From Eledone cirrhosa (lineage: Eukaryota): a stretch of 64,000 nucleotides of DNA. Under the pieces are notes generated by a model. The model saw only the letters and a list, made by a program, of their open reading frames with translations, was not told where the DNA came from and made no database searches. The position numbers were made by a program, and so were the translations under genes. The stretch lies in contig OZ024741.1 in NCBI GenBank assembly GCA_964016885.1, positions 13,082,001 to 13,146,000 of the forward strand, read 5' to 3'. Shown one piece after another: positions 11,457 through 22,800 of this stretch; the stretch's first letter is position 1; each line of letters opens with the position of its first letter.

Positions 11457-11519
11457 CATAACATATATACATACATAATTAAATACATACATACATACAT
11501 ACATACATACATACATACA

Positions 11520-11553
<34 letters not shown>

Positions 11554-11570
11554 CATACATACATACATAC

Positions 11571-11981
11571 ATGGTGGCTGCCAACTCGTTTTCGAGTACG
11601 GCCACTACTTTATATCCATGTAGGAGAACCCCTACCGATGCGCTGAACGAGTGTGACTTTTTAGTCCAGCCAGCGACTTGAAACCTCTGGTACAAACACT
11701 ACACTTGTGACAATTATTGACACATAGTGCTGGGCCCATGGTATCATGTGACGACAAGTGCAGGGAGATCTCCAGATATAAAGCAATGCCTGTGCCGTGA
11801 AGCTTTTATAGTGAGCAAAGGCACTGCACAAAGCCAGTCCCACTCTCTTAACCAAGATGATATTTACCAAAAAGAAGAACAAGTCAACATCATTGGATAC
11901 CATCAGAGTTGCAGGTGTTATATCAGAGTTTTCCTTCTCCTAGAATTCTGCCTTGACAAAGGCTAAGGGGTCATCTCTCCC
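11571..11981 (-). mobile_element. Family B1 copy C (5'-truncated)
   Basis: Matches 22801-23210; flanked by (TACA)n. Confidence 0.85.
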
Positions 11982-12242
11982 ATATACATACATATATACA
12001 TACATACATACATATATGCATACATATATACATACATAGATGCATACATATATACATACATACATACATATATACATATATACATATATATAAACATACA
12101 TATATATATACATACATATATATATACATACATATATACATACATACATATATACATACATACATATATACATACATATATATATACATACATATATACA
12201 TACATACATATATACATACATACATATATATATACATACATA
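11982..12242. repeat. (TA)/(TACA) compound microsatellite
   Basis: Direct inspection. Confidence 0.95.
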
Positions 12243-13298
12243 GTAACACTGAAGCAACATCTTCAACAGAGGAAAGAGGTTGGCAACCATCTTGCCCAGG
12301 TTTATGAGCATGAAAAAAGAAATATAATTAGAATAGCGACTGATCTGGAGGAGAGATATGGAATAAAGCCTGATATAAATCTCTCACCCAGAGAAATCGG
12401 AAGATCCTATTCAATGTTCAAACAAGAAAAAAAAATTGACCAATTTACAGAGAAAGTTGTGCATGGATACTTGAGGCGTAAAACACAGACCATAGAGGGG
12501 ATAAACCACTCAAAAAGCCTGGCATGGAGTTCCGACAAGTTTATCACATCACACCTTGAGGGATATCTCTATGCAATACAGGAACAAGAACTCCCTACCA
12601 AATATCTGCTGCACAAAAGAGGAGGGCCAGCAGTTGACAATAAATGTAGGCTTTGTAAAACAAAGATCGAGGATGTAAGCCACATTGTTGCCAGCTGCGA
12701 AAGAATGTCATCTCGCTACTACCTCCCCATGAGACACGATGGGATAGCTAGAACTATCTGGAACGCACTTCGGAAAACAAAATTAACAACAAACGAGGAA
12801 GAATATATTGAGACAGATGGCACTAAGGAATACTGGTGGAACCTGAAAATAAAAACTGCCACCAAATTAAAGCACAACCGGCCTGATATTGTAGTTTGGG
12901 ACCACACATTGAAAACGTGTTCTGTTGTGGAGATCAGCTGCCCACTTGATGTAAACGTTGTCAGAAAAATACAGGAGAAGGAGGACATCTACGGACCATT
13001 GATGAGGAGCTTACAAATCCAGTATCCAAGATACACCTTTAGCTTCATACCCATCATTATTGGTGCTACGGGTTATATACCAACCCGCTTGGACCAAAGT
13101 ATGACCGAACTTGGATTTGCGGACAAAAAGCGCAGCTCCCTAATTCATAGTCTACAAATGGCTGCGATAGCTGGCACCTTCAAAATATGCAAAACATTCT
13201 TGCGATTCAAGGAATGACAATTTCTTTTCTTTTACAACCTTGCCACCAGGAAGGTGGCCGGTCAAAAAAATATACTCGAAATTAAGAGAAAGAGAAAA
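12243..13298 (+). mobile_element. 5'-truncated R4/Dong-like RLE LINE (C-terminal ORF 12414-13217 plus 3' UTR)
   Basis: [14 protein letters not shown]...[29 protein letters not shown] motifs; homologous to but distinct from the 14883-18275 C-terminus. Confidence 0.88.
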
Positions 13299-13377
13299 CA
13301 TATACATATACAAACATATATATATATACATACATATATATATACATACATATATATATACATACATATATATATAC

Positions 13378-13418
13378 ATGATGGCTGCCCCCTCGTTATC
13401 GAGTATGGCCATTGCACA

Positions 13419-13421
<3 letters not shown>
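13378..13421 (-). mobile_element. Extreme 3' stub of an RTE-type element (B2-like terminal stem-loop) with (GTAT)-type tail at 13299-13377
   Basis: tgcaatggccatactcgataacga...gcagccatcat matches the 3' ends at 22430-22473 and of B1. Confidence 0.75.

Positions 13422-13498
<77 letters not shown>
13421..13498. repeat. Poly(A) followed by (ATA)n
   Basis: Direct inspection. Confidence 0.95.
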
Positions 13499-13499
<1 letters not shown>

Positions 13500-13640
13500 G
13501 AGGTCATGAAATCGCTCCCGTAAGTTTTGAATTTTTAACATATTTAAATCATTTGTGAAATAACAACTTTTAGTACAAATGCTACGTAAAGCACCCGGCT
13601 TGAGCCCCAAAAAATTCGGACCCAAAATATATTGTTATAA

Positions 13641-14313
13641 GGCTCAAATATTCAAATGTTCAACTTTGTATTGTACACTGTATATCCAAAAAAAAAAATG
13701 GCTATAAATGGAAGAAGAAGAACCCCCCCCCCCCCCCTCCTCTCCTCTGGCTACACTATATAGGACAGCTAAACTCACCAACACCAGAAACTAGATACAC
13801 CGCCCACCCCATCATCTGTGTACACTAAACACAACAGCATTTTCACCTTCACCGCCACCGCTCACTACGGCCATCATTGCCACCGCTGTCCCATCACCGC
13901 CGCCACCACCCCCTGACTCCTTCACTGCTGCTGCCACCGCTACAGCACCATCACTACAGTAATACGGCTCAAATATTCAAATATTCAACTTTGTATTGTA
14001 CACTGTATATCCAAAAAAAAAAAAAAAAAATAAATAAATAAAATAAAATGGCTATAAATGGAAGAAGAAGAACCCACCCCCCCTCCTCTCCTCTGGCTAC
14101 ACTATATAGGACAGCGAAACTCACCAACACCAGAAACTAGATACACCACCCACCCCATCATCTGTGTACACTAAACACAACAGCATTTTCACCTTCACCG
14201 CCACCGCTCACTACGGCCATCATTGCCACCGCTGTCCCATCACCGCCGCCACCACCCCCTGACTCCTTCACTGCTGCTGCCACCGCTACAGCACCATCAC
14301 TACAGTAATACGG
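13641..14313. repeat. Tandem duplication of a ~325-345 bp unit with CCA/CCG-rich body
   Basis: ggctcaaatattcaaat...cactacagtaatacgg occurs twice back to back (13641-13966, 13965-14313), differing mainly in homopolymer lengths. Confidence 0.9.
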
Positions 14314-14754
14314 TCGCATCACCGCCACCGCTGCCTCGGTATCGACATCACCGCCACCACTGTCTCAGTATCGCCAACGCCGCTAGTCTCTGCTGGCTAC
14401 CACTTCCACATTATAGAATTCCTACTACTAACAAAGAGGAAGGCATCAAAATATATAGATAGACTCAAAAGAAAAAAGAAAAAACAAACAACAAAAGCAG
14501 CACAGCAACAACAGTAAAAAACGAGAAAAACAGAGAAAAACAAAAACAAAAAAAGAAACCCCAAAAACGTAAAGAAAATAAGAATGAAGAGAGAAGCAGG
14601 CGGACGGACAGAGAAGAGGGGGGGAAAAGTAAAACTTAAAAAACAAAAACTAAGTCGGACATTCGAATACTACATTACAATGAAACTTATGCTTATTCAT
14701 TTTTGGGGCCCTTTCTGCCCGTGTGTTTGTTTGTTTATGTGTGTCCGTATACAG

Positions 14755-17700
14755 CGTGGTGATAATGCCACACAAGGGCCAAGTGGGATGGCGGATCCAC
14801 AGATGGCTATGTAAACATACATTCGCCAATCCTCGATAAGAGTGTTTAAATATCGAACATAAACAGTTCGAATAACGGTGAAATGGAGACTAGAACGTCA
14901 TGTGACAGACTCTCACCCAACAGGTGCCCCCTGGCTCAGCAGCAGGAACCTGACTGTCAACGAAATACTGCTGATGTTGGAGGAAGAAGAAGAAGGAAAG
15001 GGGCCAGAACCAACTGGACGAAAGAATTGAATAGAACTGTTATGCAATGCTACCTGAAAAGTAACCCCAAGGAGAGGGGCTACAGGAGACGGATGCATAA
15101 CATCTGGAACGAGATTGGTTTATTTAAATTAGATGAACAAAAATTGGCCGGGCAGGCTCGGGTAATAAGAACTAATGGGTGGATAAGCGAGCTGGAACTG
15201 GAGGAACTGAGCAGAGAGAATGGCTTGGAGATGGCGGGTGTAGTATGCCAGACAAGCGAGCCGGCGGGAAATGAAGGTGAGGAGGTCCTGAGAGCGAAGG
15301 AACCACCCGAAGCAGACAATGATCTGAATACTGAGATAAATAATACCTGGAACAGAGATGCGGCCACTGAGGAGATGAATGCTGACGGGCTAGGACAAGA
15401 TTCGGTTGACATCCTAAATTTAGTGGTAGATGAGTTGAACAATGATAGTGGGAGACCTATGAACCTAAGATTTGTAGACAGGAAAAAGTTAAAAGAAACA
15501 ACAGCTAAGGTAAACAAAGTCATCCCATACCTTGAGGCGAGGAGTCTTCACCAGTGCAACAATATCCTCAAAGCAACAGCAAATACGGTGAGGAAACTAC
15601 TTGGTATAAAAGCGAGAGGAAACAACAGACAAGAAAGAGCAGAGCCGTGGTGGAAGAAGCGACTGAGTGGGCAAATCGGGGAAATGAGAAATGACATAGG
15701 AAAGCTTGAGTCACTACTGAATGGGACACTAAAAAACATAGGCACTAAAAATAGACTGGAAATAAAATACAAAACTAGGAGTAAAAAGCTAAATATTATC
15801 ATAGAGGAATTGAAGCAACGCATTGTAGCAAAGAGTGCCAAAATCAGGCGATACGAGAACAGAGTCAGTCAGTATAAACAGAACCGCATGTTCGACAACA
15901 ACCAGAAGATGCTGTTTGGACAGCTTGAGGGGAAAGAAAGAGGCACCGACTTGATCCCTGGGGCGGAACAAGCTAAAACATTCTGGAGAGGAATATGGGA
16001 GCAGGATGTTAGACACAATGCCCAGGCAGGGTGGATTGAGACAGTACAGAGGGAGATCGGTGAGCAGGCACAGCAACAGACTGATTTGAGTATCACAGTT
16101 GAAACTCTTAAGGGGCAAGCCAAAAAACTAACCAACTGGAAATCACCAGGCCCAGATGGTGTGCAGGGGTATTGGATTAAACATTTAACATCCCTCCACC
16201 CGAAGCTGACGGCCATGTTCAATGACTGCTTGGTGTCGGGTGAGGTGCCAGAGTGGTTGACAAAAGGTACCACAGTTCTGATAATGAAAGACCAAATCAA
16301 GGGTAATGATGTCACCAACTATAGACCTATCACATGTCTGCCCGTAATGTGGAAACTGTTGACGAGCATTGTGTCTGAGGAAATCTACCATCACCTCCAC
16401 ACAAACAACTTGTTGCCGGACGAACAGAAAGGATGCCGAAAGAAGTCACGTGGTACAAAGGACCAGTTGCTTATTGATAAGATGGTAATGGGGAATTGCA
16501 GGAGGAGACACACTGATCTTGCCATGGGATGGATAGACTACAGAAAGGCATTTGACATGGTGCCTCATTCCTGGATCACCAAAAGCCTGGAGATCTTCAG
16601 GGTGGCAGATAACATCAGACAGTTGCTGGGCAGGAGTATGGGGTCCTGGGAGACAGAGTTGACATCAACTGGAGTATCCTTGGGAAGCGTGAAGATCAAG
16701 AGAGGTATCTTCCAGGGAGATAGCCTGTCCCCTCTGTTGTTTGTCCTTGCCCTGATGCCCTTGACCATTATGCTGCGAAAAGTGAGAGCAGGATACAAGT
16801 TGGGAAGGGGAGAGCTTACCATCAATCACCTCCTCTTCATGGACGACCTTAAGCTCTTCGGGAAAAGTGAGAAGGAGTTGGATGTGCTTGTTGACACTGT
16901 CCGTATTTTCAGCAGTGATATATGTATGCAGTTTGGTATTGGTAAATGTGGAGTCATTGTGATGAGGAGGGGTAGGTTGAGCAGAAGTAACGGGATCCAG
17001 ATACCAACAGGTGAGATGATAAAGGAAATTGACTCTGAGGAAGGATACAAGTATTTGGGCGTTCTGGAGGCTGATGGCATAAAGAACAAAAAAATGAAGG
17101 AATTGTTAAGAACTGAATACATTCGGAGAGTAAGGAGCGTATTGAAGTCACATCTGAACAGCAGAAATGCCATAAGCGCAGTAAATTCCCGAGCTGTGTC
17201 TATTATTAGGTACAGTGCGGGAATTCTGAGATGGAATGTTGCTGAACAAAAAGAAATGGATAGGAAGACTAGGAAGCTATTGACTATCTACAACATGTTC
17301 CACAAGAGGAGTGATGTCGATAGACTCTACCTAAGGAGATCTGAGGGTGGAAGAGGTCTTATCAGCATAGAGGACTGTGTTCAGATGGAGAAAAACAACC
17401 TATACAAATACGTGACCTATAGTAAGGAGCCAATGCTCAGAGCTGTACTGAAGGAGGGGACAGTAGGCCAGGGGATACCCAAGGAGGAAATAACATCAAG
17501 GAGGAAGAGCAGCCTTAAGGGAAAATCCCTTCATAGTACCTTCTTTGAGAAAACTGAATTTAGAGATCCACAGACATGGAACTGGTTGAGAAGAGGAGAC
17601 CTCAAAAAGGCTACAGAAGGAATGCTAATGGCTGCGCAGGAGCAGGCCCTCAAAACGAAGTGGTTGAAGCACCATATCTACAAGGAGGAGGCTAGCCCAC

Positions 17701-18413
17701 TGTGCAGGATCTGTGGAGAGAGAGAGGAGACTGTGGCTCACATTGTGTCCGAGTGTAAACACCTAGCCCAGACCCACTATAAGGGCTGGAGACACGATGT
17801 GATGGGCAGGGTGATCCACTGGCACCTGTGCAAAGTAAACAATCTACCACATTCTGAGAAATGGTATGAGCATAGGCCAGAGGCGGTGATGGAGAACAAT
17901 CAGGTGAAGGTGCTGTGGGATTTTAGGATACAGACGGACAAAAAACTGGAACACAATAGACCTGACCTGGTGGTTGTGGACAAAGAAAAAAGATCGTGCC
18001 TGATTGTGGATGTGGCCTGCCCGTTCGACACGAGAGTGCAAGAGAAGGAGAGGGAGAAAATTGACCGATACCAGGACCTAAAGTGGGAGGTGAAAAGGAT
18101 TTGGAACTGCCATGAAGTCAAAGTGATCCCGATTGTCATAGGCGCACTGGGGACTATCTCCAAAGGTTTCCAGGGATGGTTAAAGAAAATCGGCCCCTTC
18201 ACGCTTTTTGGAACGCTTCAAAAGGCATGCTTGCTTGGAACGGCAAGAACCCTCCGATACGTCCTGAATATCTGAGGCTGCAGGTAGTGGCTTGATATTC
18301 AATCCAACGGACTTTCCAGTTAACCAACATCAATGACTGAGATTCAAGGAATAACAATAACAATAATAATAATAATAATAGCAATAATAATAATAACGAC
18401 AACAACAATAATA
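14755..18413 (+). mobile_element. Apparently full-length R4/Dong-clade non-LTR retrotransposon with (TAA)n tail
   Basis: Single long ORF, ~75-bp 3' UTR, then a (TAA/CAA)n tail at ~18351-18413; the 5' boundary is approximate. Confidence 0.88.
14883..18275 (+). CDS. Intact RT + CCHC + restriction-like endonuclease polyprotein (R4/Dong clade), 1130 aa
   Basis: N-terminal WTKELN...CYLKSNP...GYRRRM; KSPGPDG, YRPITCL, IDYRKAFD, QGDSLSP, FMDD, YKYLG; CRIC...HIVSEC, RHD, NRPD, DVACPFD, KIDRY; no APE domain. Confidence 0.94.
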   Translation: METRTSCDRLSPNRCPLAQQQEPDCQRNTADVGGRRRRKGARTNWTKELNRTVMQCYLKSNPKERGYRRRMHNIWNEIGLFKLDEQKLAGQARVIRTNGWISELELEELSRENGLEMAGVVCQTSEPAGNEGEEVLRAKEPPEADNDLNTEINNTWNRDAATEEMNADGLGQDSVDILNLVVDELNNDSGRPMNLRFVDRKKLKETTAKVNKVIPYLEARSLHQCNNILKATANTVRKLLGIKARGNNRQERAEPWWKKRLSGQIGEMRNDIGKLESLLNGTLKNIGTKNRLEIKYKTRSKKLNIIIEELKQRIVAKSAKIRRYENRVSQYKQNRMFDNNQKMLFGQLEGKERGTDLIPGAEQAKTFWRGIWEQDVRHNAQAGWIETVQREIGEQAQQQTDLSITVETLKGQAKKLTNWKSPGPDGVQGYWIKHLTSLHPKLTAMFNDCLVSGEVPEWLTKGTTVLIMKDQIKGNDVTNYRPITCLPVMWKLLTSIVSEEIYHHLHTNNLLPDEQKGCRKKSRGTKDQLLIDKMVMGNCRRRHTDLAMGWIDYRKAFDMVPHSWITKSLEIFRVADNIRQLLGRSMGSWETELTSTGVSLGSVKIKRGIFQGDSLSPLLFVLALMPLTIMLRKVRAGYKLGRGELTINHLLFMDDLKLFGKSEKELDVLVDTVRIFSSDICMQFGIGKCGVIVMRRGRLSRSNGIQIPTGEMIKEIDSEEGYKYLGVLEADGIKNKKMKELLRTEYIRRVRSVLKSHLNSRNAISAVNSRAVSIIRYSAGILRWNVAEQKEMDRKTRKLLTIYNMFHKRSDVDRLYLRRSEGGRGLISIEDCVQMEKNNLYKYVTYSKEPMLRAVLKEGTVGQGIPKEEITSRRKSSLKGKSLHSTFFEKTEFRDPQTWNWLRRGDLKKATEGMLMAAQEQALKTKWLKHHIYKEEASPLCRICGEREETVAHIVSECKHLAQTHYKGWRHDVMGRVIHWHLCKVNNLPHSEKWYEHRPEAVMENNQVKVLWDFRIQTDKKLEHNRPDLVVVDKEKRSCLIVDVACPFDTRVQEKEREKIDRYQDLKWEVKRIWNCHEVKVIPIVIGALGTISKGFQGWLKKIGPFTLFGTLQKACLLGTARTLRYVLNI

Positions 18414-18459
18414 ATATACATATTCATATATATATACACACACACGCACGCACATAAGC

Positions 18460-18499
<40 letters not shown>

Positions 18500-18507
18500 G
18501 ATAGCAA

Positions 18508-21500
18508 CTAACAGTGCTGCGATCGAATGTGGCTTTTTAGCCCAGCCAATGATCCAAAATGTCTTGCACAGAGTCGGCAACCAAAACATTTACTGGGAAT
18601 AGTCGGCTGTGGTTGGAGTTCGTGTACTTTTGCATGTCGCTTGAGTCCTCCTGCTGATTTACATTCTCTACCACATGTTTGGCAAGCATGATGAGTAGCA
18701 TCTCCAACAGCAGCCTGGTAGTCAACCACTGGTCTTACTTTATGACTGCGAAGATGACTTTCGAGTCCAGCTTTGCTTAGGCAGAGTCTCGCACAGACGC
18801 TGCATGTCAGAAACATAGGAGGACCCTCGCCGTCTGGAAGTGCAACAGCAATACCCTTCCTCACGTCCCGCTTTACTTTCTCGTGTGCGATTCGAGATGC
18901 CTCAAAGGCAACTTTTCCCTCATATACAGTCTTTCTCCATTTATTACGATCAGCAGCAATATTTTCCCATGTATCAGCAGAGATGTTAGCGTCTTTCAGA
19001 GAGGCCTTCAAGGAATCCTTATACCTCTTTTTTGGTTTATGTGGCGGTCGTTTTCCTTTAACCAACTCTCCATAGAAGAGTTGTTTTGGTATTCTAGAAT
19101 CCTTCATCCTGGCAAGGTGACCACTCCAACGGAGTCGCTGCTTAAGCACAAGAGCTTCTATACTGTCACACATAGAGCTTTCCAAAATCTCGACATCACT
19201 GATGTGGTCCCTCCAGCGAACGCCATGTATCCGTCTGAGACACATCTGATGGAAACGCTCCAATTGCTTAAGGTGGCGTCGATATGTGACCCAGGTCTCG
19301 CAGGCATAAAGAAGACAAGAGAGTACACATGCCCTGTACACCCTTACCTTTGTCCTCCTGCATATGTCTCGCCGACCCCAGAGTCGCCTTTCTAGCTTTC
19401 CGAAAGCATCACTTGCTTTCCTAATCCTAAGTGAGATTTCACTGTCAAGGTTGCCGTATCGATTGACAGTGCTTCCCAGGTAGACAAACTGATCAACCAC
19501 TCCAAGTCGTCTGCCATACACATAGATGTTTGGTTCAGTGTACTGCCTACCAGGTGCAGGTTGGTACATGACGACGGTTTTCTTGAGACTGACAGTCAAA
19601 CCCAGGGCAGTGCAAGCGTCAGAAAATACATTCAAAATGTGCTGCATATCACTCTCTGTGTGCGCTACAAGATCGCAATCATCTGCATACAAGAGGTCTC
19701 TTATGACTGATGTAAATACTTTTGTCTTCGCAGCAAAGCGCCTGATGTTAAATATGCTGCCTGAGGTTCGATATCGGATGTAAACACCATGCTCGCAATT
19801 CCTGAATGCAATACAGAAAACCATTGCAAAGTATATGGCAAACAGGGTCGGTGCTGGAATATCCCCCTGTTTCACTCCATTTTTTACTGAGATAGGCTCC
19901 GACATGTTACCTCCGACATTAACCCAAGCCTTCATGTCGTCATGGAAAGACCTAACTAAAGCAAGGAACTTATCAGGGCAACCAAGTTTCTGGAGAACCT
20001 TCCATAATGCATCTCTGTTGACAGTATCGAAAGCCTTTGTCAGATCGACAAAAACCTGATACAGATCCAAGCCCTGTTCAATGCACTTCTCCTGGAGCTG
20101 TCTAGCTGAGAAGATCATATCAGTAGTGCCGCGTCCAACACGAAAACCAGATTGACTTTCAGGAAGGACACAATCTGCAATGTGTGTCAGCAGACGGTCC
20201 AGAAGCACCCTACATAAAACTTTCCCCACGACAGAAAGCAATGATATACCTCTGTAGTTCCCACAATCATTCCTGTTACCCTTTCCCTTGTACAAGACCA
20301 CCATTACTGCATCTCTCCAGTCCTCAGGCACGGATTCATTAGCCCATATCCCTCCAAACAGAGAGTGAAGATGTTGCAGGAGTCTCTCACCACCATATTG
20401 TAGGAGCTCAGCATGTATGCCATCCATACCTGGAGATCTTCCACTGTTCAGCTTCGAAATAGCCACTGCAACCTCCACAAGTGTCGGAGGCTCTGCGAGA
20501 GCTACTTTCACAGGACTTTCCGGAATGAGATTGAGGAAATCTTCACTGACGACAGACGGCTGATTCAAAAGATCATCAAAGTGCTCCCGCCACCTTCGTA
20601 GAATTCCCTGTGAGTCACGAAGAAGTTCTTTGCCATCCTTGCTGCGAATCGGTGTCACCAGAGAAGAAGACGGTCCATAAACCTCACGCAAGAGACTGTA
20701 CAACAGCTTTGTGTTATTGCAATCAGACGCAGTTTGTATCTCACCAGCCTTCTCACTCCACCACTGATCCTTCATCTGAGAAAGACTCCGCCTAACACGT
20801 GATTTTACATCCCTGAGCTCCTCATGCAACGTATTCCTCTCCTGTGGTCTTGCCGTCAAGTAGCGTGACAGAGCGCGCCTCCTATCAGCCAACAAGTCAT
20901 CTATATGCACATCTTTCTCATTAAACCAGTCCTGATGTTTTCTCTGCACCAATCCCAGAACACGTCTGCCTACATCATAAACCGACTTTTTAAGGGTCGG
21001 CCAATCCTCACCAAGATCTGCAGCCTGCATCTCTTCTTCCAATGTCCTCTTCACATTTTTATCCTTAAGACGAGCAGCATTCAATCTTTTGGGCAGGGCA
21101 ACACCAGGAGCCCGGATTTTACGTTTGGTGATTAGATTCACTTTTGCGCGTACCAGGCGGTGGTCCGTCCAGCACTCAGCTCCACGAAGAACACGAACAC
21201 ACCGCACATCCTGTCTGTCACGCATCCTGACTAGGACGTAGTCCAAAAGATGCCATTCCTTAGATGCAGGATGCATCCATGTGGTCTTGAATTTGTTCTT
21301 TTGTTGGAACATGGTGTTGGTAACACACAGATCCAGCTCCTCACACATCTGCAGCAAGAGCATACCATTGCTGTTACACTTTCCCACCCCATGCCTTCCG
21401 ATTACATTCCATGTGTTAAAATCCCTACCCACTCTAGCATTAAAGTCACCAAGCACGATGACTTTGTCTGCCTGAGGGATATTTCTTAAAACACCTTTCA

Positions 21501-21912
21501 AGGCATGGTAAAAGGACAGTTTTTCTTCATCGACAGAATTCATAGTTGGAGCATACACACTCACCAGGGTAGCATATCTTCCCTTGTCCAGCGGAACTCT
21601 CATGGACATAAGACGCTCACTAATCCCCACTGGGAATTCTTCCAATTTATTCACCAGTACAGTCTTAACAGCAAATCCCACCCCAGCCTCTCTTCTGGTT
21701 CCTTCATCTCTTCCTTTCCAGAAGAATGTATATTCTCCACAAAATTCCGTAAGATGACCATCTCCAGCTAACCTCGTCTCAGACAAAGCCACGATGTCAA
21801 GATCGTAACGTCGAAGCTCCTTCGCAACAAGAGCGGTCCTTCGTTCAGGACGCTCCAAAGAATCCCTGTCAAGCAGCGTCCGTACGTTCCAGCAGCCAAG
21901 ACTAAATGCCCT
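18508..21912 (-). CDS. RTE-clade (BovB-like) APE-RT ORF, uninterrupted but lacking its native start and 5' UTR; three C-terminal C2H2 fingers
   Basis: [31 protein letters not shown]; [40 protein letters not shown]. The ORF-track extension to 22479 runs through a microsatellite. Confidence 0.93.
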   Translation of the reverse strand, partial: RAFSLGCWNVRTLLDRDSLERPERRTALVAKELRRYDLDIVALSETRLAGDGHLTEFCGEYTFFWKGRDEGTRREAGVGFAVKTVLVNKLEEFPVGISERLMSMRVPLDKGRYATLVSVYAPTMNSVDEEKLSFYHALKGVLRNIPQADKVIVLGDFNARVGRDFNTWNVIGRHGVGKCNSNGMLLLQMCEELDLCVTNTMFQQKNKFKTTWMHPASKEWHLLDYVLVRMRDRQDVRCVRVLRGAECWTDHRLVRAKVNLITKRKIRAPGVALPKRLNAARLKDKNVKRTLEEEMQAADLGEDWPTLKKSVYDVGRRVLGLVQRKHQDWFNEKDVHIDDLLADRRRALSRYLTARPQERNTLHEELRDVKSRVRRSLSQMKDQWWSEKAGEIQTASDCNNTKLLYSLLREVYGPSSSLVTPIRSKDGKELLRDSQGILRRWREHFDDLLNQPSVVSEDFLNLIPESPVKVALAEPPTLVEVAVAISKLNSGRSPGMDGIHAELLQYGGERLLQHLHSLFGGIWANESVPEDWRDAVMVVLYKGKGNRNDCGNYRGISLLSVVGKVLCRVLLDRLLTHIADCVLPESQSGFRVGRGTTDMIFSARQLQEKCIEQGLDLYQVFVDLTKAFDTVNRDALWKVLQKLGCPDKFLALVRSFHDDMKAWVNVGGNMSEPISVKNGVKQGDIPAPTLFAIYFAMVFCIAFRNCEHGVYIRYRTSGSIFNIRRFAAKTKVFTSVIRDLLYADDCDLVAHTESDMQHILNVFSDACTALGLTVSLKKTVVMYQPAPGRQYTEPNIYVYGRRLGVVDQFVYLGSTVNRYGNLDSEISLRIRKASDAFGKLERRLWGRRDICRRTKVRVYRACVLSCLLYACETWVTYRRHLKQLERFHQMCLRRIHGVRWRDHISDVEILESSMCDSIEALVLKQRLRWSGHLARMKDSRIPKQLFYGELVKGKRPPHKPKKRYKDSLKASLKDANISADTWENIAADRNKWRKTVYEGKVAFEASRIAHEKVKRDVRKGIAVALPDGEGPPMFLTCSVCARLCLSKAGLESHLRSHKVRPVVDYQAAVGDATHHACQTCGRECKSAGGLKRHAKVHELQPQPTIPSKCFGCRLCARHFGSLAGLKSHIRSQHC

Positions 21913-21914
21913 AA

Positions 21915-22429
21915 CATATACATATACAAACATATATATATATACATACATATATATATACATACATATATATATACATACATATATATATACATACATA
22001 TATATATACATACATATATACATACATATATATACATATACATACATATATACATACATATATATATACATACATATATATATACATACATATATATATA
22101 CATACATACACATATACATACATATATACATACATATATATATACATACATATATATATACATACATATATATATACATACATACATACATACCCATATA
22201 TATAAACATACATACATATATACACACATATATATATAAACACACACACACATATATATATAAACACACACATATATATATATATATATACATACATACA
22301 TACATACAGACACACACATATATACATACATATATATATACATACATATATACATACATACATACATACATACATACATACATACATACATACATACATA
22401 CATACATACATACATACATACATACATAC
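21915..22429. repeat. Long (TA)n/(TACA)n compound microsatellite
   Basis: Direct inspection. Confidence 0.95.
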
Positions 22430-22771
22430 ATGATATCTGTCCCATCGTTATCGAGTATGGCCATTGCACGATATACCATTATTAATAATTATTAGTTAAT
22501 TCTATCGTGCAATGCCTGTGCATGAAGATATTTTTTAAAGTGAGGAAAGACTGTGCACTGAGCCAATCCCACTCTCTGAGCGACAGTAGCTATAACCCGA
22601 AAGAAGAAAAGATCAACATCATCGGTAACTACTGAGCCACAGGTTTTATATCGGAGTTATCCCAGTTTCCTGAGTTGCCTTCTCCCAGAAAAATGCCCTG
22701 ACAAAGGCTAGGGGTCCTTCACTCCCAGTGGTTTAACCGCGCGATCGGGTATCCAGCCCGACTATTTCTAA
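22430..22771 (-). mobile_element. Bipartite non-autonomous RTE derivative, family B2
   Basis: Shares tagcctttgtcaRggca, gatgatgttga, agagtgggaYtgg and gcacaggcattgc blocks with B1; joined to a short 3' stem-loop and (GTAT)n tail. Confidence 0.8.
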
Positions 22772-22800
22772 CATACATACATACATACATACATACATAC

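Noticed and set aside
21913-22479. 190-aa MYVC-rich N-terminus of the 1323-aa ORF, and other [12 protein letters not shown] ORFs
   Set aside because: Translations of microsatellites; not part of the native RTE protein
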